Both the position numbers and the translations under genes were made by a program. From assembly GCA_963764505.1 (NCBI GenBank), contig CAVXSP010000002.1:38940-102939 (forward strand): 64,000 bases of DNA. Reading direction: 5' to 3'. Each line of letters starts with the position of its first letter. The stretch's first letter is position 1. Source of the DNA: an uncultured Acidobacteriota bacterium (GTDB lineage Bacteria > Acidobacteriota > Vicinamibacteria > Vicinamibacterales > SCN-69-37). The notes beneath the pieces were generated by a model. That model was given only the letters and a program-made list of their open reading frames with translations. It did not search any database and was not told the origin of the DNA. Positions 31,554 to 41,813 of this stretch are shown piece by piece.

Positions 31554-32996
31554 CTACCGGCGCGGCAGGTTGTAGAAGGACGCGCGGTTGGTGAGGTACC
31601 GCCACGCCAGCGAGGGCGCCGATCGTGGCAGCTCGACGAACGACTGCCAGGCGTTCGACCGCAGTGTCAGTCGCTCCCGATCCATGGTGTGCAGCCCGAA
31701 CTGCGCCATCAGGCCGACGTTCCACCAGACGCACAGGCCGATGCCGACGGTCAGCAGGGCCCGATCGCGCATCGATCCGCGCCGGGCGCGCACCACGAGT
31801 GAAGACAGCCCGAGCACGAGGAGGGGCGTGACGGATACGAACCGCCGCTGTCCGAATGCGCCGGCCACCGTCCAGGACTCCACCGCGCCGGAAATATACG
31901 CTTGGAGCGCGAACATGACCAACGCCAGCAACGCGAGCCATCGCGCGTCGGCGCGGGAAGCGGCGCCGGATCCGGCGGGCCGGACGATCGTCCACGCCAG
32001 CCCGGCGATCGCGAGCGCCGCGAGCGGCGTCCAGAAGAAGAAGCCGTGCTCGTGGTTGAAGAGCACCTGCCAGCCGTGCGGCGACGTCCAGCTCATCTTG
32101 CGCGTCTCGTATTCGCTCTGTTCGAACCGGCCATTCAGCGCCTTGAACGCGAGCAGTTGGGGAGCCGCGGCCAGGAGGAATCCGAGCGCGCCGGCCGCGG
32201 GCAGCCGGATCCAGTCGGCTGCCCGGCGTCGGGCCGCGGCGGCGCGGACGGCGTCCGGCGAACGCCCGATCGGCGCGGCTCGTCCGAACGCCGCCACGAA
32301 ATCGACGGCCGGCCCCAGGATGAACAGCGAGTCCTGCGCGCGGACGATCGTCATGAGGCCGCCCGCAAGTCCCAGCGCGACGGCGCCTGCCGGCGTCCAG
32401 CCGTCGCGCACGCGAAACCACGTCCAGAGGAACAGGGCCACGGCGAACGCCGAGCACGCGTGCGTGAAGAGCGGCGTGACATACATGTAAAAGAGCAGAG
32501 GCGTTCCGAGCCAGACCGCGAGCGCCGCCGCCGCGCCGTCGCCGGTGACCCGCCGCGCGACCGAGATCGAGAGCAGCAGGGCCAGGAAACCGTAGGTCGC
32601 GGATCCAATCGCGACGGCGACGACGTACGGACGTGACAGTCCGTCGGCGGGCCGGCCGCTCGCCAGCGCCGCGACGTGCCCGGCCGCGTAGAACGGCGCC
32701 CACAGCATCGCCGCGCCCATCGTCGCGAAATTCGGCCGCAGCCCGGCGGCGGTTCTGCGGTCTTCGAGGAACGTGCTGTGGAACCCCGGATTCTTCACCT
32801 GGCCCGAATCGTAGAAGTAGCGGTATTCGTTCTCGAACGACACGTCGTGGTCGAACGCCAGCGAGTGGAGCCAGGCGAATCCCTCGACCTCGTCCGACGC
32901 GTAGATGCGGCCGGTCACGGCCGGCAGCGACAGCGCGAACATCAGGACGAGCAGGAGGCGCGCAGAGAACGGCGAGGCGCCGGAGCCGGATCGCAT
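31554..32996 (-). CDS. GT-C-like polytopic membrane glycosyltransferase
   Basis: IYASDEVEGFAWLHSLAFDHD acidic loop, GFFFWTP, GAFGQRRF; many TM segments. Confidence 0.7.
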   Translation of the reverse strand: MRSGSGASPFSARLLLVLMFALSLPAVTGRIYASDEVEGFAWLHSLAFDHDVSFENEYRYFYDSGQVKNPGFHSTFLEDRRTAAGLRPNFATMGAAMLWAPFYAAGHVAALASGRPADGLSRPYVVAVAIGSATYGFLALLLSISVARRVTGDGAAAALAVWLGTPLLFYMYVTPLFTHACSAFAVALFLWTWFRVRDGWTPAGAVALGLAGGLMTIVRAQDSLFILGPAVDFVAAFGRAAPIGRSPDAVRAAAARRRAADWIRLPAAGALGFLLAAAPQLLAFKALNGRFEQSEYETRKMSWTSPHGWQVLFNHEHGFFFWTPLAALAIAGLAWTIVRPAGSGAASRADARWLALLALVMFALQAYISGAVESWTVAGAFGQRRFVSVTPLLVLGLSSLVVRARRGSMRDRALLTVGIGLCVWWNVGLMAQFGLHTMDRERLTLRSNAWQSFVELPRSAPSLAWRYLTNRASFYNLPRR

Positions 32997-32999
32997 GCG

Positions 33000-33800
33000 T
33001 CAGGTCGAAAGAGTCCGCAGCAGCACCTGCTGCAGGACCTGCGCGACGTCGAATCCGGCATGGCTGACCATCGGCGCCACCACCGACCCGCGTCTGATGT
33101 AGAGCACGCCCCAGATCACGCCGAGCAGCCCGACCGCGATCGCCACGTCGAAGCCCTGCGGGATATGGAACAGCCCGAAGGCGATGCTGAAGGCGACGAG
33201 ACCGACCCAGGCCCCGCCGAGTCGCTGCGCGAACCGGTGCAGGATGAAGCCCCGCTGAAGTTCTTCGCGCACGCCGCCCGCGAGGATCACGACCACCAGG
33301 AACACGCCGGCCCGGACCGGCGTGTCCATGAAGCGCTCGAGAGGGTTGTGGGGCACGTTGTGCAGCGTCGGCAGCCAGGCGGTGATGGCGGCGACCACGC
33401 CGATGACGAGAATCCACAGAAGCGGGATGAGCGCAAGGCCGCGCCAGGCTTCGCGCGCGACCGGCAGCCGGCCGAGGAACACGTCGCGCGACGACTCGCC
33501 GCTCAGGCCCAGGAAGGTCCGGATGAGGAGCGCGATGAGCGCCGTGTCGAAGAGGCTGGCCATCGCGAAGAACTCGAGCGAGATGTTCGTGGGGTCTGCC
33601 GCGAGCGTGGCGCCGTCCGCCCCCATCCTCGTGCCCGTCCCGAGCAGCGCGAGGTAGACCAGGACCTGGGTCGGAATGCCGCAGACCAGGAACACCTGCA
33701 CCGCGGCGAAGACGCGCGAAAGGGGGGGCGCCGCGCGATCGGGCGGCTCGGGGCGACTCCAGGGCTCCGGCGACGGCCGGTCACCGGGCAGCGACTCCAC
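33000..33800 (-). CDS. CPBP (CAAX/Abi) intramembrane glutamic endopeptidase
   Basis: EELQRG (EExxxR), FGLFH (FxxxH), HAGFD (HxxxN/D). Confidence 0.9.
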   Translation of the reverse strand: MESLPGDRPSPEPWSRPEPPDRAAPPLSRVFAAVQVFLVCGIPTQVLVYLALLGTGTRMGADGATLAADPTNISLEFFAMASLFDTALIALLIRTFLGLSGESSRDVFLGRLPVAREAWRGLALIPLLWILVIGVVAAITAWLPTLHNVPHNPLERFMDTPVRAGVFLVVVILAGGVREELQRGFILHRFAQRLGGAWVGLVAFSIAFGLFHIPQGFDVAIAVGLLGVIWGVLYIRRGSVVAPMVSHAGFDVAQVLQQVLLRTLST

Positions 33801-33913
33801 GTGGGAACTCTATCAGGAGGGCTGCCGCGCGCCGGCCGCCGGGAGCCGGCCGGGAGTGCGGCCTTGGCCGCAAAATAGGGCACCTGCAAGAAGTGGCGAA
33901 AGAATGGGATCAT

Positions 33914-33961
33914 TGTCAATATGTGGCGTGGGCCGTGGAAGTGCGACACAATATGTCGTAG
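33914..33961 (+). promoter_or_regulatory. Tandem NrdR boxes upstream of nrdJ
   Basis: TGTCAATATGTGGCGT (33914-33929) and ACACAATATGTCGTAG (33946-33961), 32 bp apart. Both match the NrdR consensus acaCwAtATaTwGtg and the spacing is canonical. Confidence 0.8.
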
Positions 33962-33969
33962 GTTGCGCC

Positions 33970-33998
33970 TTGACAACCGCGTAAACGAGGCGCATATT
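33970..33998 (+). promoter_or_regulatory. Sigma70-type promoter of nrdJ
   Basis: TTGACA (33970-33975), 17 nt, CATATT (33993-33998); immediately downstream of the NrdR boxes. Confidence 0.7.
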
Positions 33999-34157
33999 TT
34001 CTCGCCGGCCACGCAACAGCCGAACGCGAACCGACCCTCTGCGAGCGATCCGCATCGGCTGAGTTGTTCCGGCGACATCTGACCGTTTTCGATCGCGTCG
34101 GAGTCCGGTGGGAGCCGCCACGCCGGGCAGCGGCGCACGTTCTTCAGAGGGGGGTCC

Positions 34158-36956
34158 ATGCCAAGCGCTCATCACGTTGAATCCGCCGTAGCGCCCGCCG
34201 CGCGCCGTGTGTTCGGGCCGGGCCGGTCGGTCTCCGGTCTCGAATTCGAGCGCTATTTCACGAAAGAGGGCGTGGATCCGTTCGACGAGGTCGAATGGGA
34301 GCTGCGCTCGGCGGTGATTGCCAACGAGAAGGGCGAGCTGGTCTTCGAGCAGCGGGAGGTCGAGTTCCCGACGTTCTGGTCGCAGCAGGCGACGAACATC
34401 GTCGTGTCGAAGTATTTCCGGGGCCAGATCGGCACGCCGGAGCGGGAGCGATCGGTCAAGCAGCTGATCGGCCGCGTCGTCGACACGATCACGCGCTGGG
34501 CGCGAGAGCAGGAGTACTTCGCCTCCGAGGACGACCTCCAGGCGTTCAGCGACGAGCTGAAGCACCTGCTGCTCTATCAGAAGGGGTCGTTCAACAGCCC
34601 GGTCTGGTTCAATTGCGGGTTCGAGAAGGCGCCGCAGTGCTCGGCCTGTTTCATCAACGCCGTGCAGGACACGATGGACTCGATCCTGACGCTGGCGAAG
34701 ACCGAGGGCATGCTCTTCAAGTTCGGGTCCGGCACGGGCTCGAATCTCTCGGCGATCCGGTCGTCGAGAGAGATCCTGGCGGGCGGCGGGACGGCGTCCG
34801 GGCCCGTGTCGTTCATGAAGGGCTTCGATGCCTTCGCCGGCGTGATCAAGTCCGGCGGCAAGACGCGGCGCGCCGCGAAGATGGTCATCCTCAACGCCGA
34901 GCATCCGGACATCGTCGACTTCATCAACTGCAAGGTCGACGAAGAGAAGAAGGCGTGGGCGCTCATCGACGCCGGCTACGACGGGTCGTTCACGGGACCG
35001 GCGTACGCGTCGGTGTTCTTCCAGAACTCGAACAACTCCGTGCGGGTGACCGACGAGTTCATGCGCGCGGTGCTGGACGACGGCGACTGGCAGACGCGGG
35101 CGGTCACGACGGGCGAGGTGATGGATACCTGCAAGGCGCGCGATCTGATGCACCTCATCGCGGAGGGCACCTGGATCTGCGGCGACCCGGGGATGCAGTT
35201 CGACACCACCGTCAACGACTGGCACACCTGCCCGAACACGGCGCGGATCAACGCGTCCAACCCGTGTTCCGAGTACATGTTCCTGGACGACTCGGCCTGC
35301 AATCTCGCGTCGATCAACCTGATGAAGTTCGTCGACAAGGAGGGGGAATTCGACGCCGCGGCGTTCGAGATGGCGTGCCGGACCTTCATCACGGCCCAGG
35401 AGATCCTGGTCGACAACGCGAGCTATCCGACCAGGCCGATCGAGCGGAACAGCCATGACTATCGGCCGCTGGGCCTCGGGTACGCGAACCTCGGCGCGCT
35501 GCTGATGTCGCGAGGCCTGCCGTACGACGGCGAAGCGGGCCGCGACTACGCCGCGGCGATCACGGCCGTGATGCACGGCGCCGCCTATGCGCAGTCGGCG
35601 CGGGTGGCGCGCGATCACGGCGGGCCCTTCCCGGGCTACGAGAAGAACCGCGAGCCGATGCTGCGGGTCATGCGCAAGCACCGCGCCGCCCTCAAGGACA
35701 TCAACCGGACGCACGTGCCCAGGGCGCTGTACGAGCACGCGCGCGAGATCTGGGACGAGTGCGTCGATCTGGGCGAGAAGCACGGGTACCGGAACGCGCA
35801 GGCGACCGTGCTCGCGCCGACCGGCACCATCGGGTTCATGATGGACTGCGACACGACCGGCGTCGAGCCCGACATCGCGCTCGTCAAGTACAAGAAGCTG
35901 GTCGGCGGCGGGCTGATGAAGATCGTCAACGGCACCGTCCCGATGGCGCTCAAGCGGCTCGGCTACACGCCGGCGCAGATCAAGGACATCGTCGGGCACA
36001 TCGACGAGCACGAGACCATCGAAGGCGCGCCGCACCTCAAGGACAAGGACCTGGCGGTCTTCGACTGCGCGTTCAAACCGGCGCGCGGCGAGCGGTCGAT
36101 CCACTACATGGGCCACATCAAGATGATGGGCGCCGTGCAGCCCTTCATCTCCGGCGCGATCTCGAAGACCGTGAACGTCCCGAAGGCGGCGACCGTCGAG
36201 GAGATCGAGCAGGCCTATCTGGACGCGTGGCGCATCGGCGCGAAGGCCGTGTCGATCTATCGCGACGGCAGCAAGCGGACGCAGCCGCTCAACACGTCCC
36301 GCGACAAGCAGGCCGCTCCCGAGACGACGGGCCTGGCGCAGCCGCATCGGCATCGACTGCCGGACGAGCGGCGCTCGATCACGCACAAGTTCGACATCGG
36401 CGGCCACGAAGGCTACATCACCGTCGGCCTCTACGAGGACGGGCAGCCCGGCGAGCTCTTCCTGACGATGGCCAAAGAGGGCTCGACCATCTCCGGCTTC
36501 GCCGACGCGTTCGCGCAGGCCATCAGCTACGCCCTGCAGTACGGCGTGCCGCTGCAGGACCTGGTCGACAAGTTCAGCCACGTGCGGTTCGAGCCGGCAG
36601 GCATGACGCGGAACCCGGACATCCGCTTCGCGAAGTCGATCGTCGACTACATCTTCCGCTGGATGGCCGCGAAGTTCCTCTCGCCCGAGGCGCAGTACCG
36701 CGCCGGGGTGAACAACCGCGAGGACGTCACGGCGCCCGAGCAGCTCACGCTGCCGACCGGCGCCACCGCCGGATCGGGGGGCGCTGCCGCGGTCGCCGCC
36801 TCGCCGGCCTCGGCCTCGAGCGCCGGGCCGTTGACGTTCGCCCCCATCCAGAATCAGGAGGACGCGCCGCCGTGCTCGACCTGCGGGTCGATCATGGTCC
36901 GCTCGGGCGCCTGCTACAAATGCACCAACTGCGGCACGACGAGCGGCTGCGCGTAG
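34158..36956 (+). CDS. nrdJ: Class II (adenosylcobalamin-dependent) ribonucleotide reductase with TSCPD domain and C-terminal Zn ribbon
   Basis: FNSPVWFN, QCSACFI, ASNPCSEY, CNLASINL, RPLGLGYANLG, APTGTI, SGAISKTVN; C-terminal CSTC...CYKCTNCG. Confidence 0.97.
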   Translation: MPSAHHVESAVAPAARRVFGPGRSVSGLEFERYFTKEGVDPFDEVEWELRSAVIANEKGELVFEQREVEFPTFWSQQATNIVVSKYFRGQIGTPERERSVKQLIGRVVDTITRWAREQEYFASEDDLQAFSDELKHLLLYQKGSFNSPVWFNCGFEKAPQCSACFINAVQDTMDSILTLAKTEGMLFKFGSGTGSNLSAIRSSREILAGGGTASGPVSFMKGFDAFAGVIKSGGKTRRAAKMVILNAEHPDIVDFINCKVDEEKKAWALIDAGYDGSFTGPAYASVFFQNSNNSVRVTDEFMRAVLDDGDWQTRAVTTGEVMDTCKARDLMHLIAEGTWICGDPGMQFDTTVNDWHTCPNTARINASNPCSEYMFLDDSACNLASINLMKFVDKEGEFDAAAFEMACRTFITAQEILVDNASYPTRPIERNSHDYRPLGLGYANLGALLMSRGLPYDGEAGRDYAAAITAVMHGAAYAQSARVARDHGGPFPGYEKNREPMLRVMRKHRAALKDINRTHVPRALYEHAREIWDECVDLGEKHGYRNAQATVLAPTGTIGFMMDCDTTGVEPDIALVKYKKLVGGGLMKIVNGTVPMALKRLGYTPAQIKDIVGHIDEHETIEGAPHLKDKDLAVFDCAFKPARGERSIHYMGHIKMMGAVQPFISGAISKTVNVPKAATVEEIEQAYLDAWRIGAKAVSIYRDGSKRTQPLNTSRDKQAAPETTGLAQPHRHRLPDERRSITHKFDIGGHEGYITVGLYEDGQPGELFLTMAKEGSTISGFADAFAQAISYALQYGVPLQDLVDKFSHVRFEPAGMTRNPDIRFAKSIVDYIFRWMAAKFLSPEAQYRAGVNNREDVTAPEQLTLPTGATAGSGGAAAVAASPASASSAGPLTFAPIQNQEDAPPCSTCGSIMVRSGACYKCTNCGTTSGCA

Positions 36957-37013
36957 CGCCGATCGGGGACGGCAGGACGCCTCGGACCGGCACGTATCCG
37001 GCCTGAGTCGTCG

Positions 37014-37898
37014 ATGCCGCCGCCCGGTCGCGACCTCGACCGTCTCTATCAGCTGCCCCTGGCCGAGTTCACCAGCGCTCGCGACGATCTGGCGAAGCAC
37101 GCCGGCCCGGATCGAGCCGCCATTCGCGCCCTGCAGAAGCCGAACCTCCCTGCGTGGGCGGTGAACCAGTTGTACTGGCGCGAGCGCCGGACGTACGACG
37201 CGCTCGTGGCCGCCGCGGAACGATTACGCGCCGCGCAGTTGGCGGCGCTCGAGGGCCGGCGCGCCGACGTCCCGCGCGCGGAAGCGGAACACGTTGGCGC
37301 CCGAAAGAACGCGCTGGATCGCACACGGAAGATCCTCGCCGACGCGGGCGAGCGCGCGTCGGCCGCCACACTCCACGCCCTCGCCGAGACGCTCGATGCG
37401 CTGCCGGGCCCGGAACCGCCGGGACGGCTGACGAAGCCGTTGAAGCCTGCCGGTTTCGATGCACTCGCCGGGCTGCTCGGGGGAGGCGGACGGAAGGCCA
37501 CCGGCGCGGCCGTCCTGCCATTCACGCGAGCGCCCGAGTCGCGGACCGCGGCCGCGTCAGACGCGGCGGCGCGCCGCACGGCCAGGCAGGAGGCAGCGCA
37601 CGCCGACGCGCAGGCGAAACGCGAGGCCCGGGCCCGGGAGGCCGAGTTCAGAACGCTGAGGGAAGCGCTGAAGTCCGCGCGGGAGGCGGCTCGCGCGGCC
37701 GAGGCGGCGCTGCGCCAGGGGCGCGCCGCGCTCGCGAAGGCAGAGCGGGATCTGACGCAGGTCAAAGCGCGAGTGTCAGCCGCCGAGGCGCGCGCGGCCG
37801 AGTGGACGCGGAAAGTCGAGCATCGCGCCGTGGCCGCGTCCGCCGCGGCGGCGCGCCGGGCGGAGCTCGAGCGCCGGCTCGCTCAGCGGGGAGGCTGA
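37014..37898 (+). CDS. Conserved-looking hypothetical protein with Ala-rich coiled-coil C-terminus
   Basis: LDRLYQLPLAEFTSARDDLAK...KPNLPAWAVNQL pattern and a long heptad-like tail. Confidence 0.7.
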   Translation: MPPPGRDLDRLYQLPLAEFTSARDDLAKHAGPDRAAIRALQKPNLPAWAVNQLYWRERRTYDALVAAAERLRAAQLAALEGRRADVPRAEAEHVGARKNALDRTRKILADAGERASAATLHALAETLDALPGPEPPGRLTKPLKPAGFDALAGLLGGGGRKATGAAVLPFTRAPESRTAAASDAAARRTARQEAAHADAQAKREARAREAEFRTLREALKSAREAARAAEAALRQGRAALAKAERDLTQVKARVSAAEARAAEWTRKVEHRAVAASAAAARRAELERRLAQRGG

Positions 37899-37908
37899 AG
37901 CCGCCGGA

Positions 37909-38298
37909 TCAGACGCGGCTGCGCTTCTCGACCCGCAGGAACAGCGGCGCCGACCCGAGGACCGCGACCATCCCCCAGGTCCACCAGCGCGCCTCGTTGC
38001 TGATCAGGAAGTCTAGATGCTCGCCGGGCTCGATCGTGAAATGGATGTTCTTCCACACCAGCGTGTTGTGGATGCGAAGGTGATGGACGCCCGGCTGGAC
38101 CTCCAGCGTGAACGAATCGCCGAACGCGAGCTTGACCTTCGAGCCGCCGTCGAGGCGCACGAACACCTGCCGCTGGCCGCAATCGGACCGGTGTCTGCGG
38201 CTCAAGGTGATGAGCGCGCGCAGATCGTCGAGCGACGGACTCGCCGTGTCCGCCGTCCGCACGATGCGCGGCAACCCCGCGGCCAGCCGATTGGCCAT
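37909..38298 (-). CDS. Small hypothetical membrane protein
   Basis: VFVRLDG...L.FG...LEVQPGVHHLRI beta domain plus a C-terminal hydrophobic segment; TAGACT lies 6 nt before the ATG. Confidence 0.65.
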   Translation of the reverse strand: MANRLAAGLPRIVRTADTASPSLDDLRALITLSRRHRSDCGQRQVFVRLDGGSKVKLAFGDSFTLEVQPGVHHLRIHNTLVWKNIHFTIEPGEHLDFLISNEARWWTWGMVAVLGSAPLFLRVEKRSRV

Positions 38299-38423
38299 AC
38301 ATCCAGTCTAGAAGCGGGCGCGTCGCCCGTATATCGGGTTTACTGCCATATCCGTGCCTGCTGGGGCCTGTAGGGCCATGCTGGGCATGGCGCGAAAACC
38401 CGCGTGGTAGCATACCGCGGAGC

Positions 38424-39929
38424 ATGCACGTGTTCCGGCGGGAGCGCGCCGCGTCTGCGGATCAGGCTCGGCGGCGCGACCTCGTCCTGGCGATCGGCGC
38501 GGCCTGGCTGCTCGTTCTGATCCGCAGCGCCGTCTTCATCGTCTATCCGCAGTCGTCGTTCGATTCGGATCAGGCCATTGTCGGCCTCATGGCCAAGCAC
38601 CTGCTGGAGGGCCGAGCCTTTCCGCTCTTCTATTACGGGCAGACGTACATGCTCGGCGTGGACGCGTGGGTGGCCGTCCCGTTCTTCCTGATTGCCGGGC
38701 CGACCGTCGGCGCGCTGCACACGGCGATCATGGCGGTCAATCTGGCGGTCGCGGCCGTGCTCATCGTGTGCCTCGTTCGCTGGTGCCAGCTGCGCCCGTT
38801 CGAGGCGCTGGCGGTCTCGATCTTCTTCACGTTCGCGCCGCCGTTCACCACGATGTCGCTCGTCGAGGCGGGGGCCAACATCGGCCCGTTCCTCTACGTG
38901 CTCCTCCTCTGGGTCCTGCGCGACCGTCCCTTGTGGTTCGGCGCGGTGCTCGGGTTCGGCGTGCTCAACCGCGAGTTCACGATTTATGCCCTGCCGCTCG
39001 TCTTCGCCGGGCACGTCGCCAGCGGCCGGCTGTTTCGCCGCGAAGGCCTGCGCCACTGGCTGCTCGTCGCCGGCGCGTTCCTGGCCGTCTGGCAGAGCGT
39101 GGCGGCGCTCGAGCCGTACGCCGACCTGATGGGGCCGGGGACGCGCGGGCAGCTCGTGAACGGATCGGCCGGCTCCCTGGTCGGCAACGTCCTCGACCGG
39201 ATCGCGATCACGCCCGCTGAGCTGGCGGCGCGGGCCGGCGTGATGGCCCGCGAGTACTTTCCCCGGCAGATCAATGCGCGCCACATCGACTCCGCGGCGG
39301 CGGTCCAGGGGCGGGACTGGATGTTCTGGCCCGTCATGCTGTTCCTCGCAGCCAGCCTGGGGCGGGGAGTCCAGCTGACCTGGCGGGCCGCCGGGCATCG
39401 AGCGGCCGTGCCGCTCTTCGGCTGGTACCTGTTCGGCGTCGGCTGCCTCTCTGCGTTCGGCTACGTGCTGACCCGTCCGCTCGCCAGCGGCCTGGTCAAT
39501 AGGTACATGCTCCTGACGATCTATGCGCCCATCGGGATCGCGGCCGTCCTGCTGGCGCTCGAGCCGCGGGTCCCGGTCCGGAGGACGGCCATCGCCGTGC
39601 TGCTCGGATGGGCGGTCGTCTCCGGCGTCGACCACGAACGTCTGTTCGCCCACTACTGGTCCGGGCAGGAGCCCGACGTCGCGCAGGAGCTGGCCGACGG
39701 GCTCGTCGCCCGAGGCATCCGCGTCGCGCGCGCCGGATACTGGCGGTCGTACAAGCTGACGTTCCTGTCGCGGGAGCGGGTCAAGATAGCCTCGAGCGAG
39801 CTCGAGCGCATCGAAGAGTACGATCGCCTTGCGCGCGAGGCGGGCGACGGGCTCGTCGTCCTCGAGACGGCACCCTGCGGCGATCGGCCGTCGATCCATG
39901 GCTACTACCTCTGCCGGCCCGGAGACTAG
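38424..39929 (+). CDS. GT-C-like polytopic membrane protein
   Basis: FDSDQAIVGLMAKH...FYYGQTYM first-loop motif; many TM segments; RY motif near the last TM. Confidence 0.7.
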   Translation: MHVFRRERAASADQARRRDLVLAIGAAWLLVLIRSAVFIVYPQSSFDSDQAIVGLMAKHLLEGRAFPLFYYGQTYMLGVDAWVAVPFFLIAGPTVGALHTAIMAVNLAVAAVLIVCLVRWCQLRPFEALAVSIFFTFAPPFTTMSLVEAGANIGPFLYVLLLWVLRDRPLWFGAVLGFGVLNREFTIYALPLVFAGHVASGRLFRREGLRHWLLVAGAFLAVWQSVAALEPYADLMGPGTRGQLVNGSAGSLVGNVLDRIAITPAELAARAGVMAREYFPRQINARHIDSAAAVQGRDWMFWPVMLFLAASLGRGVQLTWRAAGHRAAVPLFGWYLFGVGCLSAFGYVLTRPLASGLVNRYMLLTIYAPIGIAAVLLALEPRVPVRRTAIAVLLGWAVVSGVDHERLFAHYWSGQEPDVAQELADGLVARGIRVARAGYWRSYKLTFLSRERVKIASSELERIEEYDRLAREAGDGLVVLETAPCGDRPSIHGYYLCRPGD

Positions 39930-39933
39930 ACGC

Positions 39934-41743
39934 ATGCTCCTCTCGGTGCTCGAACGGGTCTGGGGCTACACGTCGTTCCGGCCGCTCCAGCAGCAGGCGA
40001 TGCAGGCGATTCTCGACGGGCGCGACTCGCTCGTCGTGCTGCCGACCGGCGGCGGGAAATCGATCTGCTTCCAGGCGCCGGCGCTCGTTCGCGAGGGGCT
40101 GGCGGTCGTCGTCTCGCCGTTGATCTCGCTGATGAAGGATCAGGTCGACACGCTCGTCGGCAACGGCGTCGCCGCGGCCTGCTACCACAGCGCGCTGGGG
40201 GCGGACGCGCGGGCGAGCGTGGTGACGGGCCTGCGCGACGGGCGGTATCGGCTCCTGTACGTCGCGCCCGAGCGGCTGGTAGGCGAGGGGCGGGACGGGT
40301 TCGTGGCGCTGCTCGGCCGCCGGCCGCCGAGCTTCGTCGCCATCGACGAAGCGCACTGCATCAGCCAGTGGGGCCACGATTTCCGCCCCGAGTACCGGCA
40401 ACTCGCAATGCTGCGCGAGTACCTGGCCCGGGGTCGGCCTGCACGCGTTCACCGCCACGGCGACGGCCCGCGTCCGGCAGGACATCGTCGGCCAGCTCGC
40501 GCTGCGCGATCCCGAGCAGCTCGTCGGGTCCTTCGATCGGCCGAACCTCGTCTACCGCGTGCTGCCGCGCGCGGCCCTCAAGCGGCAGATCCAGGACGTG
40601 CTCGCGCGCCACGCGGCACAGGCGGGCATCGTCTACTGTCAGTCGCGCCGCGAGGTCGATGCCCTGGCGGCGTGGCTCCCGACGATCGGCATTCGTGCGG
40701 TCGCGTACCACGCCGGCCTGACCGACGAGGTGCGCCATCGGCATCAGGACGCGTTCCTCAACGAGGACGTCGACGTCGTCGTTGCCACCGTGGCGTTCGG
40801 GATGGGAATCGACCGGTCGGACGTGCGCTTCGTGGTGCACGCCGGCGCGCCGCAGTCGCTCGAGCACTACCAGCAGGAGTCCGGCCGCGCGGGTCGCGAT
40901 GGTCTGGAGGCCGAGTGCGTGCTGATCTACTCGGCCGCGGACTTCCTGAAGTGGCGGATGATGCTCGAGAAGAACGGCGAATGGAACGACTCGCGCCGCG
41001 CGCTGATGCGCGACATGGAGCGGTACGCCAGCAGCGTCGGCTGCCGCCATCGGCGGCTCCTCGCGCATTTCGGCGAGCCGTATGCCAGGACCGAGTGCGG
41101 CGCCTGCGACTTCTGTCTGGGCGAGATGGAGGCGGTGCCGGATGCGCTGACGCTGGCGCGGAAGATTCTCTCGGCTGTGGCGCGGGTCCGCCAGCGCTTC
41201 GGCACGGCCCACGTGACCGGCGTGCTGCGCGGCGCCGACACCGACCAGATCCGCGCGCGAGGCCACGAGCGCCTGAGCGTGTTCGGGCTGCTCCGGGAGC
41301 GGTCGGTGGACGAGGTGCGGGGCTACATCGATCAGCTGGTCGCCCGCGGGCTGCTGCGCCAGACGGAGGACGCCTATCCCGTGCTGCAGCTCACGGCCGC
41401 CGGTCTGGCGCTGATGCGTGAGGGCGCGGGTTCGCCGGACCTGATGCTCGCCCGCCAGCGAAAGCCGGAGAAGAGCCGCCCGGAACCGCGCTCGCGCGTC
41501 GAGGCGGAGTCCTGGGACGGCGTCGATCGGGATCTCTTCGAGGGGCTGCGGGCGCTCCGGCTGCGCCTCGCGCGCGAGCGGGGCGTGCCGCCGTACGTGA
41601 TCTTCCACGACGCGACGCTGCGCGAGCTGGCGCGCCGGAAGCCGCGCAGCCCCGCCGAGCTCCGGCAGGTCTACGGCGTGGGCGCCAGAAAAGCCGAGGA
41701 GCTGGGAGAGCTCGTGCTGGCGACGATCGCGGAGAACCCGTAG
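39934..41743 (+). CDS. recQ: ATP-dependent DNA helicase RecQ (+1 frameshift at 40422/3)
   Basis: LPTGGGKSICFQ, IDEAHCISQWGHDFRPEY. Removing one C gives EYWPGVGLHAFTATAT and joins ORF 40559..41743 (ATVAFGMGID, QESGRAGRDG, Zn-binding, RQC, HRDC). Confidence 0.93.
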
Positions 41744-41813
41744 ACGAAGCCCGCGAAACCCGTCCCGCGGGCCGCCACGGCCGCGTCGGCGAATCGGGCA
41801 TACTGAGCGGGCG

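Noticed and set aside
34001-34157. Cobalamin riboswitch before nrdJ
   Set aside because: No GGGAA/B12-box core recognised; kept only as an unassigned structured leader.
33813-37100. 1095-aa minus-strand ORF
   Set aside because: Codon-register antisense mirror of nrdJ.
38315-38420. Cluster of small hairpins in a divergent gap
   Set aside because: Stems of 6-7 bp are expected at this GC content; no ncRNA signature.
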